DNA of 64,000 nt from an uncultured Prevotellaceae bacterium. GTDB lineage: Bacteria > Bacteroidota > Bacteroidia > Bacteroidales > Bacteroidaceae. The notes beneath the pieces were generated by a model, which made no database searches, was not told the origin of the DNA, and was given only the letters and a program-made list of their open reading frames with translations. This document shows, piece after piece, positions 18,936 to 27,475 of the stretch. The translations under genes were made by a program, and so were the position numbers. The stretch covers positions 3,082 to 67,081 of the forward strand of contig CAMBDA010000015.1 in the NCBI GenBank assembly GCA_945865175.1, read 5' to 3'. Numbering within the stretch: the stretch's first letter is position 1; every line of letters begins with the position of its first letter.

Positions 18936-21413
18936 TCAGATGAAGAGGTTGACATTGGCCTCCTCGGCACGGGCCATATAGGTGGCCACGCCCCCCACGG
19001 TCACATTGTCGAGCAGTTCTTCGCGTTTGATGCCCATCACGTCCATCGACATCTGGCAGGCAATGAACTCCACTCCGCTGTCGATGGCCTGCTGGCGGAG
19101 CGTTTCGAGCGCGTCCACGCCCTTCTTTGCCATCAGGAAGCGCATCATCCGCGCGCCTATGCCCATCATGTTCATCTTGGAGAGCGCGAGACGGGTGGAG
19201 TCGGCTGGCAGCATCCATCCGAACATCCTTCCCCAGATGTCCTTCTCCACCTTGGGTTTGCGGGTCTTCTTGATGGCGTTGAGCCCCCAGAAGGTGAAGA
19301 AGATGCTCACCTTTTTGCCCGTGGCGGCTGCACCGTTTGCGAGCACAAAGGTGGCCAGCACCTTGTCCAGGTCGTCGCTGAAGAGGATGAGCGTCTTGCC
19401 GTCACCGCCTGTGGCCAGCGGGCGGCCTGCCTCCGGGCTGCAGGCGGTGGCCTTCTCTATCTCCACCACCTGCACGCCTCCCTCGGCATGCCCTGCGATG
19501 AACCGGTTGCCTGTGGTGTGGCACCATGCTTCGGCATCGCGGGGGAAGCCCGCATCGGTGGCGCGCACCTGTAGCCGCTGGCCTGCCGTGAGCCCCTCCA
19601 TCGCCTGCTTGAGTTTCAGGATGGGGCCGGGGCATTGCAGGCCGCAGGCGTCCAGCCGTACAACGGGTTGCCCGCCGGTGGGGGCACCTCCGCAGGGCGC
19701 GGTCTTTGCAGCAGCGCTGCTGAATCCCTGGGGAGCAGGCAGGCAGGCGGTGGCAGCCTTATAGGTCCTGATGCCGCCAATCAGGTTGCGCACGTGCCTG
19801 TAGCCGTTTGCCTTGAGGATGTTGGAGGCCAGATAGCCGCGCAGGCCCACGCCGCAGAAGATCCATACGGGCTTGTCGGAGGGAATCTCGCCCAGGCGGC
19901 CGCGCATGTCGTCGAGAGGGATGTTGACGGCTCCCGGAATGGTGCCCAGGGCATATTCGTCGGGCGTGCGCACATCCAGGAGCGTCACCCCGGCGAGGTC
20001 GGCGTCCTTCAGCTCGCGCCAGTAGAGCGGGTCCATCTTCCCCGAGAGGATGTTGCCGGCCACATAGCCCGAAATGGCCACGGGGTCCTTGGCCGAGGAG
20101 AAGGGAGGCGCATAGGCATGCTCAATCCGGGCCAGGCCGTCCACCGTGGAGTGGTGCTTGATGGCCATGGCATACTGGTTGATGCGTGCGTCCACCCCGT
20201 CATAGCCCACTATCTGTGCGCCGTAGAGCCGGCCGTCGGCGGGCGAGAAGGTAATCTTGATGGCCATCTGGGTGGCTCCGGGATAGTAGCCCGCATGGGA
20301 GCCGGAATGGATGGTGGCGGTGAGGTAGGGGATGTCCATCTGCTTCAGCCGCTTGGCCGGCAGACCGGTGGCTGCCACCGTGATGTCGAACACCTTGGCG
20401 ATGGCCGTGCCTATTGCACCCTCGTATTCCACCGTGTCGCCCAGCACCATGTTGTCTGCCACGATGCGTGCCTGCCGGTTGGCGGGTCCTGCCAGGAAAT
20501 TGAGCCAGGGCTTTCCCGTGACGGGATGGGGGAACTCAATGGCATCGCCCACGGCATAGATGTGCTCGTCCGAGGTCTGCAGATACCGGTTCACCCATAT
20601 GCCCCCCATCTCTCCCAGCCGCAGGCCGGCGGCTGCGGCCAGTCCAGTTTCCGCCCTCACGCCGATGGAGAGGAGCACCATGTCGGCCTTCAGTTCCACC
20701 CCCGACTTGAAATGGACGGTCAGTTCGTCCCCGTCCCTGGAAAACGATTCCACGGCCTGCTGCAGATACAGCCTTACGCCATGCTGCAGCAGATGCTCGT
20801 GCACCAGGGAGGCCATCGAGAAGTCGATGGGTGCCATCACCTGTGGCGCCATCTCCACGACAGCCACTTCCGCTCCGGCATGAACAAGGTTTTCCGCCAT
20901 CTCCAGCCCGATGAAGCCGCCGCCCACGATGACCGCCCTCTTCACCCGATGCTGCTCTATGTATGCCTTTATCCTGTCCGTGTCGGCCACGTTCCGCAGC
21001 GTGAAGATGCCTTCGCTGTCGATGCCCTTCAGCGGCGGACGCACGGGCGAGGCACCGGGCGAAAGCAGCAGCTTGTCGTAGGGCTCGGTGTATGCCTGTC
21101 CGTCGGCGGTCCTCACGCTCACCGTGCGGGCCTTGGGGTCGATGGCCGTCACCTCGCTGCCCGTGCGCACATCGATGCCGAAGCGGCGGCCGAAGGCCTC
21201 GGGCGTCTGCACGAACAGGCGGTCGCGCGCTTCTATCACTCCGCCTATGTAATAGGGCAGTCCGCAGTTGGCATACGATATGTATGGTCCCTTCTCGAAG
21301 AGGATGATTTCGGCCTCTTCCGTCAGTCGCCTCATGCGGGCAGCGGCCGTGGCACCTCCTGCCACACCGCCCACAATCACCAGTCTTTTCTTCCTTGTTT
21401 CCATTGTCTTCAT
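18936..21413 (-). CDS. CoA-disulfide/persulfide reductase fused to rhodanese, TusA/SirA and DsrE-like domains
   Basis: 825 aa. N-terminal FAD motif VIVGGVAGG and redox Cys SYANCGLPYY. Rhodanese loop FCGVGLRG, TusA motif CGLQCPGP, and a C-terminal DsrE/F-like domain. Confidence 0.85.
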   Translation of the reverse strand: MKTMETRKKRLVIVGGVAGGATAAARMRRLTEEAEIILFEKGPYISYANCGLPYYIGGVIEARDRLFVQTPEAFGRRFGIDVRTGSEVTAIDPKARTVSVRTADGQAYTEPYDKLLLSPGASPVRPPLKGIDSEGIFTLRNVADTDRIKAYIEQHRVKRAVIVGGGFIGLEMAENLVHAGAEVAVVEMAPQVMAPIDFSMASLVHEHLLQHGVRLYLQQAVESFSRDGDELTVHFKSGVELKADMVLLSIGVRAETGLAAAAGLRLGEMGGIWVNRYLQTSDEHIYAVGDAIEFPHPVTGKPWLNFLAGPANRQARIVADNMVLGDTVEYEGAIGTAIAKVFDITVAATGLPAKRLKQMDIPYLTATIHSGSHAGYYPGATQMAIKITFSPADGRLYGAQIVGYDGVDARINQYAMAIKHHSTVDGLARIEHAYAPPFSSAKDPVAISGYVAGNILSGKMDPLYWRELKDADLAGVTLLDVRTPDEYALGTIPGAVNIPLDDMRGRLGEIPSDKPVWIFCGVGLRGYLASNILKANGYRHVRNLIGGIRTYKAATACLPAPQGFSSAAAKTAPCGGAPTGGQPVVRLDACGLQCPGPILKLKQAMEGLTAGQRLQVRATDAGFPRDAEAWCHTTGNRFIAGHAEGGVQVVEIEKATACSPEAGRPLATGGDGKTLILFSDDLDKVLATFVLANGAAATGKKVSIFFTFWGLNAIKKTRKPKVEKDIWGRMFGWMLPADSTRLALSKMNMMGIGARMMRFLMAKKGVDALETLRQQAIDSGVEFIACQMSMDVMGIKREELLDNVTVGGVATYMARAEEANVNLFI

Positions 21414-21458
21414 GTGTTAGTGTTAGTAATTTATATATGAATATTGGCTCCGTGTGCA

Positions 21459-21466
21459 CAAAGTTA
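21459..21466 (-). promoter_or_regulatory. -7 promoter box for the CoADR fusion gene
   Basis: Minus-strand TAACTTTG, 45 nt upstream of the ATG at 21413. Confidence 0.5.
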
Positions 21467-21633
21467 CGCAAATATTCTGGAAGGAGCCCCTCTTTTCGAC
21501 GAAAAAGTGTCCGATGGCTTGTGATAGCCGTGTGTATGATGCTTTCCGCGCAGGGTCCGGGCCGGTGCGGCCGTCATCGGCGTGTCGCACCCCGGGGGGC
21601 TTCGGGTGGGCCGTCCACCCCGGGGGCGTGCCC

Positions 21634-21732
21634 TCACCCTACGGTGAATCCGAGGGCCGAGAGGAGGGCGGTGAGTGTGGTGAGCGCGATGTTGATGATT
21701 ACGCTCCAGCGGTTCTTGCTTTCTTGGGTCAT
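21634..21732 (-). CDS. 32-aa single-TM peptide (MTQESKNRWSVIINIALTTLTALLSALGFTVG). As far as I recall, it resembles the ~30-aa Bacteroidales peptides annotated 'smalltalk protein'.
   Basis: Not in the ORF track because it is under 60 aa. Its ATG overlaps the upstream stop (ATGA). Third positions are strongly G/C-biased, as in genuine genes here. Confidence 0.55.
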   Translation of the reverse strand: MTQESKNRWSVIINIALTTLTALLSALGFTVG

Positions 21733-21998
21733 AATGGTTTGGGGTGGTTTGGAGGGTTCATGTCACGCAGCTTGCGGCTGATGTAGGAATCGATGCCGAA
21801 GATGGAGCCACAGTAAATGAGGATTTGTGCAAAGATGTAGAGGACACTGTCGTGAATCTGGCCGGGCGGAGGCATCTTCTTTTCGGTGGCCACCAGCTCC
21901 ACGTCCTCCTGTGCGGGAGTCTGTCCGGCGGCCTTGGCGGCATTGATGCGGCTCTTGGCCTGGTTGATGTTGAGAAGGTTGGAATTGATGCTGCGCAT
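21729..21998 (-). CDS. 89-aa hypothetical membrane protein (one predicted TM helix, VLYIFAQILIYCGSIFGI)
   Basis: The track ORF starts at a GTG (22019). I prefer the ATG at 21998 (MRSINSNLL...). Codon usage is genome-typical and G/C3-rich. No recognisable family. Confidence 0.6.
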   Translation of the reverse strand: MRSINSNLLNINQAKSRINAAKAAGQTPAQEDVELVATEKKMPPPGQIHDSVLYIFAQILIYCGSIFGIDSYISRKLRDMNPPNHPKPL

Positions 21999-22020
21999 CA
22001 CGATGGAATAGTTAAGCACC

Positions 22021-22167
22021 GCGCAGTGGATGTGGAATTGTGCCGCCCCTTACGGTGTGTGAGGGACATGCCATTGTTTTTTTGTGTTAATTGTGCCCTT
22101 TTCGCTTGCCATGTCGGGGAAAAACCGTACATTTGCAGCAGAAAAAGGAAAAATGGTATGGACCAGT
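22021..22167 (+). repeat. Repeat copy A: hairpin/T-run, a TAcaTTTG promoter (22128-22135), a 5' UTR and the first 10 nt of a gene. Near-identical to rc(59265-59413).
   Basis: Hand alignment. The last ~80 nt are identical and the first ~70 nt carry a few substitutions or indels. In copy A the start codon is followed by a stop (ATG GAC CAG TAG, 22158-22169). Confidence 0.9.
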
Positions 22168-22275
22168 AGACACCGCAGGAACGGGCCAGCCTAATAGCCA
22201 CCAGGCTGACTTACTGCAAATCCTAGGAATTTGATTCTCTTATGTAAGTATATCTTCTCCCCAAAAGGCGTTTTT

Positions 22276-23073
22276 CTAGTGGCTCCGCCAATACCTCACA
22301 AACAGGACTATGCTTACGACTGCAGCCAGCAGGCCGGCCAGTACCGACAAGACTACACTGTCCGCCCACTCTGTGAAGGAGGCATCCTGTCCAAAGGTGA
22401 CCGTCAGGAAGGTAGCCACGGAATTGTTGAGGATGTGAAGGACGGTGGGGAGCACAATGCTGCCGGACTTGTAATAGATGATGCCCAGCATGATGCCCAT
22501 CAGGCCCGCCACTACTATCTGCACGGGATTGGCATGAATCAGCCCGAAGAGCAACGCGGAGATGAGGATGGCGGTCCATGGCGCTGCACCCCTTCTGAGC
22601 AGGCCTCCCGTGACAGCCTCGCGGAAACACAGTTCCTCTACCACGGGAGCCACCAGGCAGATGGTGAGAATGCCAAGGGTGGAGTGCATCATGTCGGCAA
22701 ACTGGGCTTCCAGAAGATTGGGCAGATGGAGCTGCTCCTCCAGCACATCAATGGCAAAGATGCCCACCACGGCAGCCAGCAGCGGCAGCCATGCTCCAGC
22801 GGTCTGCCGGCCGGACCAACGGAATGCGGCACGCCAGCTGATGAGCTTCATAGCCGAGGCAACAAGCACCGTGAGGATGCCCGCCACGACGGTGGCCATG
22901 GCCAGCCAGCTGACAGGCAGGGCCTCCATCGCAGCCTCCTGGGAACCTGCAAGCGTAGCCTCCTTGAAGTCCGGGTTTACAAAAAGAAGAATACCTGTCA
23001 TCACAACACCTGCCAGTCCCTGCATCACCAGAAAGACAACGGCAAGAAGAATCGGTTTGAAATACTGTTTCAT
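22276..23073 (-). CDS. CPBP-family intramembrane glutamic endopeptidase (CAAX protease/Abi-like)
   Basis: Start trimmed to MKQYFKPILL. Motifs EELCFRE (EExxxR), FGLIHA (FxxxH) and HILNN (HxxxN). Confidence 0.8.
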   Translation of the reverse strand: MKQYFKPILLAVVFLVMQGLAGVVMTGILLFVNPDFKEATLAGSQEAAMEALPVSWLAMATVVAGILTVLVASAMKLISWRAAFRWSGRQTAGAWLPLLAAVVGIFAIDVLEEQLHLPNLLEAQFADMMHSTLGILTICLVAPVVEELCFREAVTGGLLRRGAAPWTAILISALLFGLIHANPVQIVVAGLMGIMLGIIYYKSGSIVLPTVLHILNNSVATFLTVTFGQDASFTEWADSVVLSVLAGLLAAVVSIVLFVRYWRSH

Positions 23074-23282
23074 TTGTTTTTGAAAATTTTTATTGGTTAT
23101 CTGATAATTCTCTATACACCTTTGACTGCGCAACCCCATTGTTTGCTACAAGAATCTGCGTTTTTTTTTGCAGGAGGGTATAAAAAAGCCCTCCCGCAGA
23201 AGCGCTGACACATGGGCACAGGCCGTTGGTAGTCAGATGCAGGCCGGTCTGTGGAACAGCAGGCCAAACAAGGAGACGGGCA

Positions 23283-24056
23283 TTACTTGATGTGCTCGCG
23301 GATGCGGGAAAGATAGGCGCCCAGTGCCTCCTCGTCGCGATTGTCGATGATTTGGATGAGTTCCTTCAGCTCGGCCCGGATATCCTCCACATGCGACTTG
23401 GTGCGCGGATTGAAGAGGATTTCCCTCAACAGCGTGTCATCCTCCGAGAGTACGCCCCTGGCTATCCTGAGGTGGCGCTTGAAAGTGGTGCCCGGCGCGT
23501 CCTGATGCTTCATCACCGCGCTGAACACGAAGGTGCTCACGAAAGGCACGGACAGGGAATAGGCCATGGCCTCGTCGTGCTCGTCAAAGGTGTACTCATG
23601 CACATTGAGCCCCAGCCGCTTGTAGAGGTCGAGGAAAAAGATGCGGCCCATATAGTCGCCCTCGTTGATGACAATGGCGTTCTCCGTACTCAGCTGGCCC
23701 AGATTGGCAAAGGTAGGTCCGAACATCGGGTGGGTGCTCACATAGCGCAGCCCTGTGTGCTCGTAAAAGTCCTTGAACCCCGTCTTCACCGAACTGATAT
23801 CGCTGATGATACATTCCTGGGGCAGATGGGGAATCACCTGCTCAAATACCGAAAGGGTATACTTCAGCGTCACGGCGTTGATGACCAGCTCGGGCTTGAA
23901 GTCTTCAATCTCCTGCATCGAGGTGAAACGCTGGGTATTGTAGAGGAAACGCATCCGCTTGGGATCTATCTCATACACGGCACAGTCGTGTTGGAAGGAG
24001 AGCACGTCTGTGAAAAAGATGCCCATCTTGCCGGCACCCAGAATAAGTATGCGCAT
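23283..24056 (-). CDS. tyrA: Prephenate dehydrogenase
   Basis: 257 aa. N-terminal Rossmann motif ILILGAGKMG. Last gene of the aromatic operon. Confidence 0.85.
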   Translation of the reverse strand: MRILILGAGKMGIFFTDVLSFQHDCAVYEIDPKRMRFLYNTQRFTSMQEIEDFKPELVINAVTLKYTLSVFEQVIPHLPQECIISDISSVKTGFKDFYEHTGLRYVSTHPMFGPTFANLGQLSTENAIVINEGDYMGRIFFLDLYKRLGLNVHEYTFDEHDEAMAYSLSVPFVSTFVFSAVMKHQDAPGTTFKRHLRIARGVLSEDDTLLREILFNPRTKSHVEDIRAELKELIQIIDNRDEEALGAYLSRIREHIK

Positions 24057-24079
24057 GGTTATAAGAGGTAATTTGACTG

Positions 24080-25147
24080 TTACTTGTTGATAATCTCCAT
24101 CTGCTGGCGCACGCTCTCCTCATGGATGAACTCATAGATGCGACGCACAAAGTCGGGGTTCATGCCACACAGGCTGCCCTGGGCGCAACGCTTGTCCAGA
24201 ATCTCGGCATAGCGCTGGGTCTGCACCACGCCCATGTTGTGTTCCTTCTTGTACTTTGCAATCTCGCGGCTCACGCGCATTCGTTTGGTAAGGAGGTCGA
24301 GCAGCTGGTCGTCCATCACGTCAATCTGCTTGCGCAGGCTGCTGAGCGATTCGGTGAGTTCGATATTGTCGCGGATGACCAGACGGTCCAGAATGAAGTC
24401 GAGCACATCGGGGGTCACCTGCTGCTTGGCATCGCTCCATGCGCAATCGGGGTTGCAATGGCTCTCCACGATGAGGCCTTCGAATCCCATGTCCATGGCC
24501 TGCTGGCAGAGGGGTGCGATGAGGTCGCGCCGTCCACCTATATGACTGGGGTCGCAGATGATGGGCAGATTGGGATAGCGACGGTGCAGTTCGATAGGAA
24601 TATGCCAGAGAGGCACGTTGCGATAGAGTTTCTGGTCCACGCTGCTGAAACCGCGGTGAATAGCGCCCAGCCGCTTGATGCCAGCCCCATAGATGCGCTG
24701 CAGGGCACCAATCCACAACTCAATGTCGGGGTTCACTGGGTTCTTCACCAGCACCGGCACATCCACTCCCTTGAGGCTGTCGGCCAGTTCCTGCATGGCA
24801 AAGGGATTGGCCGTGGTGCGGGCACCCACCCACAACAGGTCCACGCCAGCTCCCAGGGCAGCCTCCACATGTTTGGGCGTAGCCACCTCGGTGGTTATGA
24901 GCATGCCCAGTTCCTGCTTCACACGCTGCAGCCATGGCAGGGCCGTTTCGCCGTGGCCCTCAAAGCCTCCGGGCTTGGTGCGGGGCTTCCACACTCCCGC
25001 ACGGAATATCTTCACCCCCTTGGCAGCCAACTGGCGTGCCGTGTCCATCACCTGCTCTTCCGTCTCGGCACTGCAGGGACCTGCAATCACCAACGGACGT
25101 TTCTCATCCAGGCCATTGAGGCCCAGTTTCTTCAGTTCAAAATCCAT
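24080..25147 (-). CDS. Bifunctional 3-deoxy-7-phosphoheptulonate (DAHP) synthase / chorismate mutase type II
   Basis: Start trimmed to MDFELKKLGL. DAHP synthase (KDO8P-like class) N-terminal ~260 aa plus a C-terminal CM_2 domain (LRKQIDVMDDQLLDLLTKRMRVSREIAKYK). Confidence 0.85.
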   Translation of the reverse strand: MDFELKKLGLNGLDEKRPLVIAGPCSAETEEQVMDTARQLAAKGVKIFRAGVWKPRTKPGGFEGHGETALPWLQRVKQELGMLITTEVATPKHVEAALGAGVDLLWVGARTTANPFAMQELADSLKGVDVPVLVKNPVNPDIELWIGALQRIYGAGIKRLGAIHRGFSSVDQKLYRNVPLWHIPIELHRRYPNLPIICDPSHIGGRRDLIAPLCQQAMDMGFEGLIVESHCNPDCAWSDAKQQVTPDVLDFILDRLVIRDNIELTESLSSLRKQIDVMDDQLLDLLTKRMRVSREIAKYKKEHNMGVVQTQRYAEILDKRCAQGSLCGMNPDFVRRIYEFIHEESVRQQMEIINK

Positions 25148-25199
25148 ATTGTTTTTCTGTTTTCTTGATTTCCTGTTTTTTTCTATATATATTATTGTA

Positions 25200-26384
25200 T
25201 CACCCAAAGACCTTGCGAATCCTCTCCAGCGCCTCCTCCATCTTTTCGTCCTTGGCACAGAGACTGATGCGCACATAGCGGCTGCCTCCGCTGCCGAAGA
25301 TGAATCCCGGCGTGATGAACACCCTGGCTTCGTGGAGCACGCGTTCGGTAAGCTGCTCCACATCGGCATACGTCTCGGGGATGCGTCCCCACAGGAACAT
25401 GCCCACCTGGTCCTGGTCATAGACGCAGCCCAGCGCATCCATGATTTGCTCTGCCAACTTCCTACGACGGGCATAGGTGGCCACATTGGCCTGGGCATGC
25501 CACTGGTCATCGTTGGCATAGGCCTCGGCCGCAGCCAGTTGCATGGCCCTGAACGTACCGCTGTCGATATTGCTCTTCACCTTCAGTATCCAGCCCACAA
25601 ACGCAGCGTTGGTGGCCAGCATGCCCACACGCCATCCCGGCATGTTATGACTCTTGGACATGGAATTGAGCTCTATGCAACAGTCCTTGGCTCCGGGCAC
25701 CTGCAGGATGCTCAGCTTCTCACCCTTGTTGAGGATAAAGCTGTAGGGGTTGTCGTTAACCACCACCAGTCCATGCCGACGGGCCAGACCCACCAGCTGC
25801 TCATAGGTGTGCCTTCGTGCGGGCGCTCCGGTAGGCATGTGGGGATAGTTGGTCCACAAGAGTTTCACACGCGAGAGGTCCATCCGTTCGATAGCCTCAA
25901 AGTCGGGCTGCCAACCGTTCTCGGGCTTCAGGTCGTAATATCTCACCTTGGCCCCCAGCAGGGTACTCAGGCTGGTGTAGGTGGGATAGCCGGGGTTGGG
26001 CACCAGCACTTCATCGCCCGGATTCACAAAGGCCAGCGTGATGTGAAGGATGCCTTCCTTGGAGCCGATAAGGGGCTGTATCTCTCCCGTAGGGTCAAGC
26101 GTCACGCCATACCATCGGTCATAGAATGCAGCCATGGCCTGCCTCAGTTCCGGAATGCCCACCGTAGGCTGGTAGCCATGGCTAGTGGGCTTCATGGCCT
26201 CACGGCAGAGCGTTTCCACAGTCTGCGGGCTGGGTGGCATGTCGGGGCTTCCGATGGCCAGGCTGATGATGTCCATGCCCTGGGCGTTGAGGCGTGCCAC
26301 CTCCTTTCCCTTGCGGCTGAAATAGTATTCATTGACCGAGGCCAGACGCTCGGCCGGACGTATCTCAAATGCTTTGTTTTCCAT
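25200..26384 (-). CDS. Class I/II aminotransferase (probable aromatic/prephenate aminotransferase)
   Basis: 394 aa. PLP-lysine context SMSKSHNMPGWR. Lies inside the phe/tyr operon. Confidence 0.8.
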   Translation of the reverse strand: MENKAFEIRPAERLASVNEYYFSRKGKEVARLNAQGMDIISLAIGSPDMPPSPQTVETLCREAMKPTSHGYQPTVGIPELRQAMAAFYDRWYGVTLDPTGEIQPLIGSKEGILHITLAFVNPGDEVLVPNPGYPTYTSLSTLLGAKVRYYDLKPENGWQPDFEAIERMDLSRVKLLWTNYPHMPTGAPARRHTYEQLVGLARRHGLVVVNDNPYSFILNKGEKLSILQVPGAKDCCIELNSMSKSHNMPGWRVGMLATNAAFVGWILKVKSNIDSGTFRAMQLAAAEAYANDDQWHAQANVATYARRRKLAEQIMDALGCVYDQDQVGMFLWGRIPETYADVEQLTERVLHEARVFITPGFIFGSGGSRYVRISLCAKDEKMEEALERIRKVFG

Positions 26385-27207
26385 TGACGTATTCTCCTAG
26401 TAGTTTTAATTCTTGTGTGAGCGGTGCGATGGCGTTTACGGCCTGTTGGTAATGGGTATGGCTGGTAAAGCACACATCGGTGTAGAACATATATTGCCAT
26501 TCCTTCCCGATGATGGGAAGCGACTGTATTTTGGTAAGATTGAGCTTGTAGAACGACAGGATGCTCAGTATGGCACTCAGGCTTCCCTCCTCGTGGGGAA
26601 GGGTGAACACCAGGCTGGCCTTGTTGGTGGTGCACACATCACGCATCATACTGGCCCTCTGGCTGCTACACAGCACCAGGAAGCGGGTGAAATTGTGCTT
26701 GTTGGTCTCGATGCCCTCCTGCAGCACCTTCATGCCATATATCTGGGCTGCATCGCGATGGCAGATGGCGGCGTGTCCATGAAGCTGACGGCGGCTGATG
26801 TCGGCTGCCGCACCGGCAGTATCGGCCACTTCCACCACCTTCAGCATGCCGTGGCGGGCCAGGAACTCGCGGCATTGCATCAGCGCCACGGGGTGTGAGT
26901 TCACCTCCTCTATGTCGGCCCAATAGTCATCGGGCAGGCACATGATGCTGTGGCTGATGCGCAACTTATGCTCCCCCACGATGGTGAGTCCACTCTCGCG
27001 CAGCAGCTCATAGTTGTGGAGCAGGCTGCCGGCAATGGTGTTCTCGATGGCCACCATGGCCACCACTGTATCATCGGCCTCCACAGCTGCAAACACTTCC
27101 TCGAAGGTGTCGCAACAGATGAGTTCCACGTCCTCTCCTTCAAAGTAGCGGTGGGCGGCAATGTCGTGAAAACTGCCCTTGATGCCCTGTATCGCAACGC
27201 GTATCAT
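26365..27207 (-). CDS. pheA: Prephenate dehydratase
   Basis: 280 aa. PDT domain (IAIQGIKGSF-type start, ENTIAGS) plus a C-terminal ACT domain. Overlaps the aminotransferase start by 20 nt. Confidence 0.85.
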   Translation of the reverse strand: MIRVAIQGIKGSFHDIAAHRYFEGEDVELICCDTFEEVFAAVEADDTVVAMVAIENTIAGSLLHNYELLRESGLTIVGEHKLRISHSIMCLPDDYWADIEEVNSHPVALMQCREFLARHGMLKVVEVADTAGAAADISRRQLHGHAAICHRDAAQIYGMKVLQEGIETNKHNFTRFLVLCSSQRASMMRDVCTTNKASLVFTLPHEEGSLSAILSILSFYKLNLTKIQSLPIIGKEWQYMFYTDVCFTSHTHYQQAVNAIAPLTQELKLLGEYVNGKQSI

Positions 27208-27278
27208 GTTTCTTTCCCTTTTCTTTTCTCTACTTTATTATATTGAATGTATTCTCTCTGCTCTGTCCTTTTTCACAA

Positions 27279-27308
27279 GAAAAAATCCCGCTTCGTGTGG
27301 AAGCGGGA
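27279..27308 (-). terminator. Attenuator terminator in the pheA leader
   Basis: Minus-strand UCCCGCUUC-CACAC-GAAGCGGGA followed by U6, ~70 nt before the pheA ATG. Confidence 0.6.
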
Positions 27309-27363
27309 CCTTATGCCTTGTTCTAAGTATGTTCTTTTTCTGTTCCTTTCATGTACACAACGA

Positions 27364-27371
27364 CCCGCTTC
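27364..27371 (-). promoter_or_regulatory. Candidate anti-terminator segment (GAAGCGGG), a duplicate of the terminator 3' arm
   Basis: Lies 4 nt after the leader-peptide stop. It can pair with CCCGCUUC of the terminator 5' arm. Confidence 0.5.
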
Positions 27372-27374
27372 ACT

Positions 27375-27437
27375 TCATTTGCTAAAGTAAAAGTAATAAT
27401 AAAAGCCGTTAAAATAAGTACCTGTCAGGTGCATCAT
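27375..27437 (-). CDS. Aromatic-amino-acid leader peptide MMHLTGTYFNGFYYYFYFSK
   Basis: 20-codon ORF absent from the track. 9 of the last 13 codons are Tyr or Phe. An A-rich 5' UTR and a promoter box lie upstream. Confidence 0.6.
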   Translation of the reverse strand: MMHLTGTYFNGFYYYFYFSK

Positions 27438-27475
27438 ATTATTCTGTTTTTATTGTTTATTGTAACATTTTGATG

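Noticed and set aside
22153-22194. Mini-ORFs in repeat copy A (MDQ-stop at 22158-22169; MVWTSRHRRNGPA at 22153-22194).
   Set aside because: They are by-products of the duplicated gene start and are too short, with no independent support. They are discussed under the repeat finding rather than called as genes.
23190-23235. Hairpin CTGCGGGAGGGC...ACCCTCCTGCAG downstream of tyrA, considered as a terminator.
   Set aside because: On the transcribed (minus) strand it is followed by an A-run, not a U-run. The T-run lies on the wrong side. It may still function, but I cannot support that from sequence alone.
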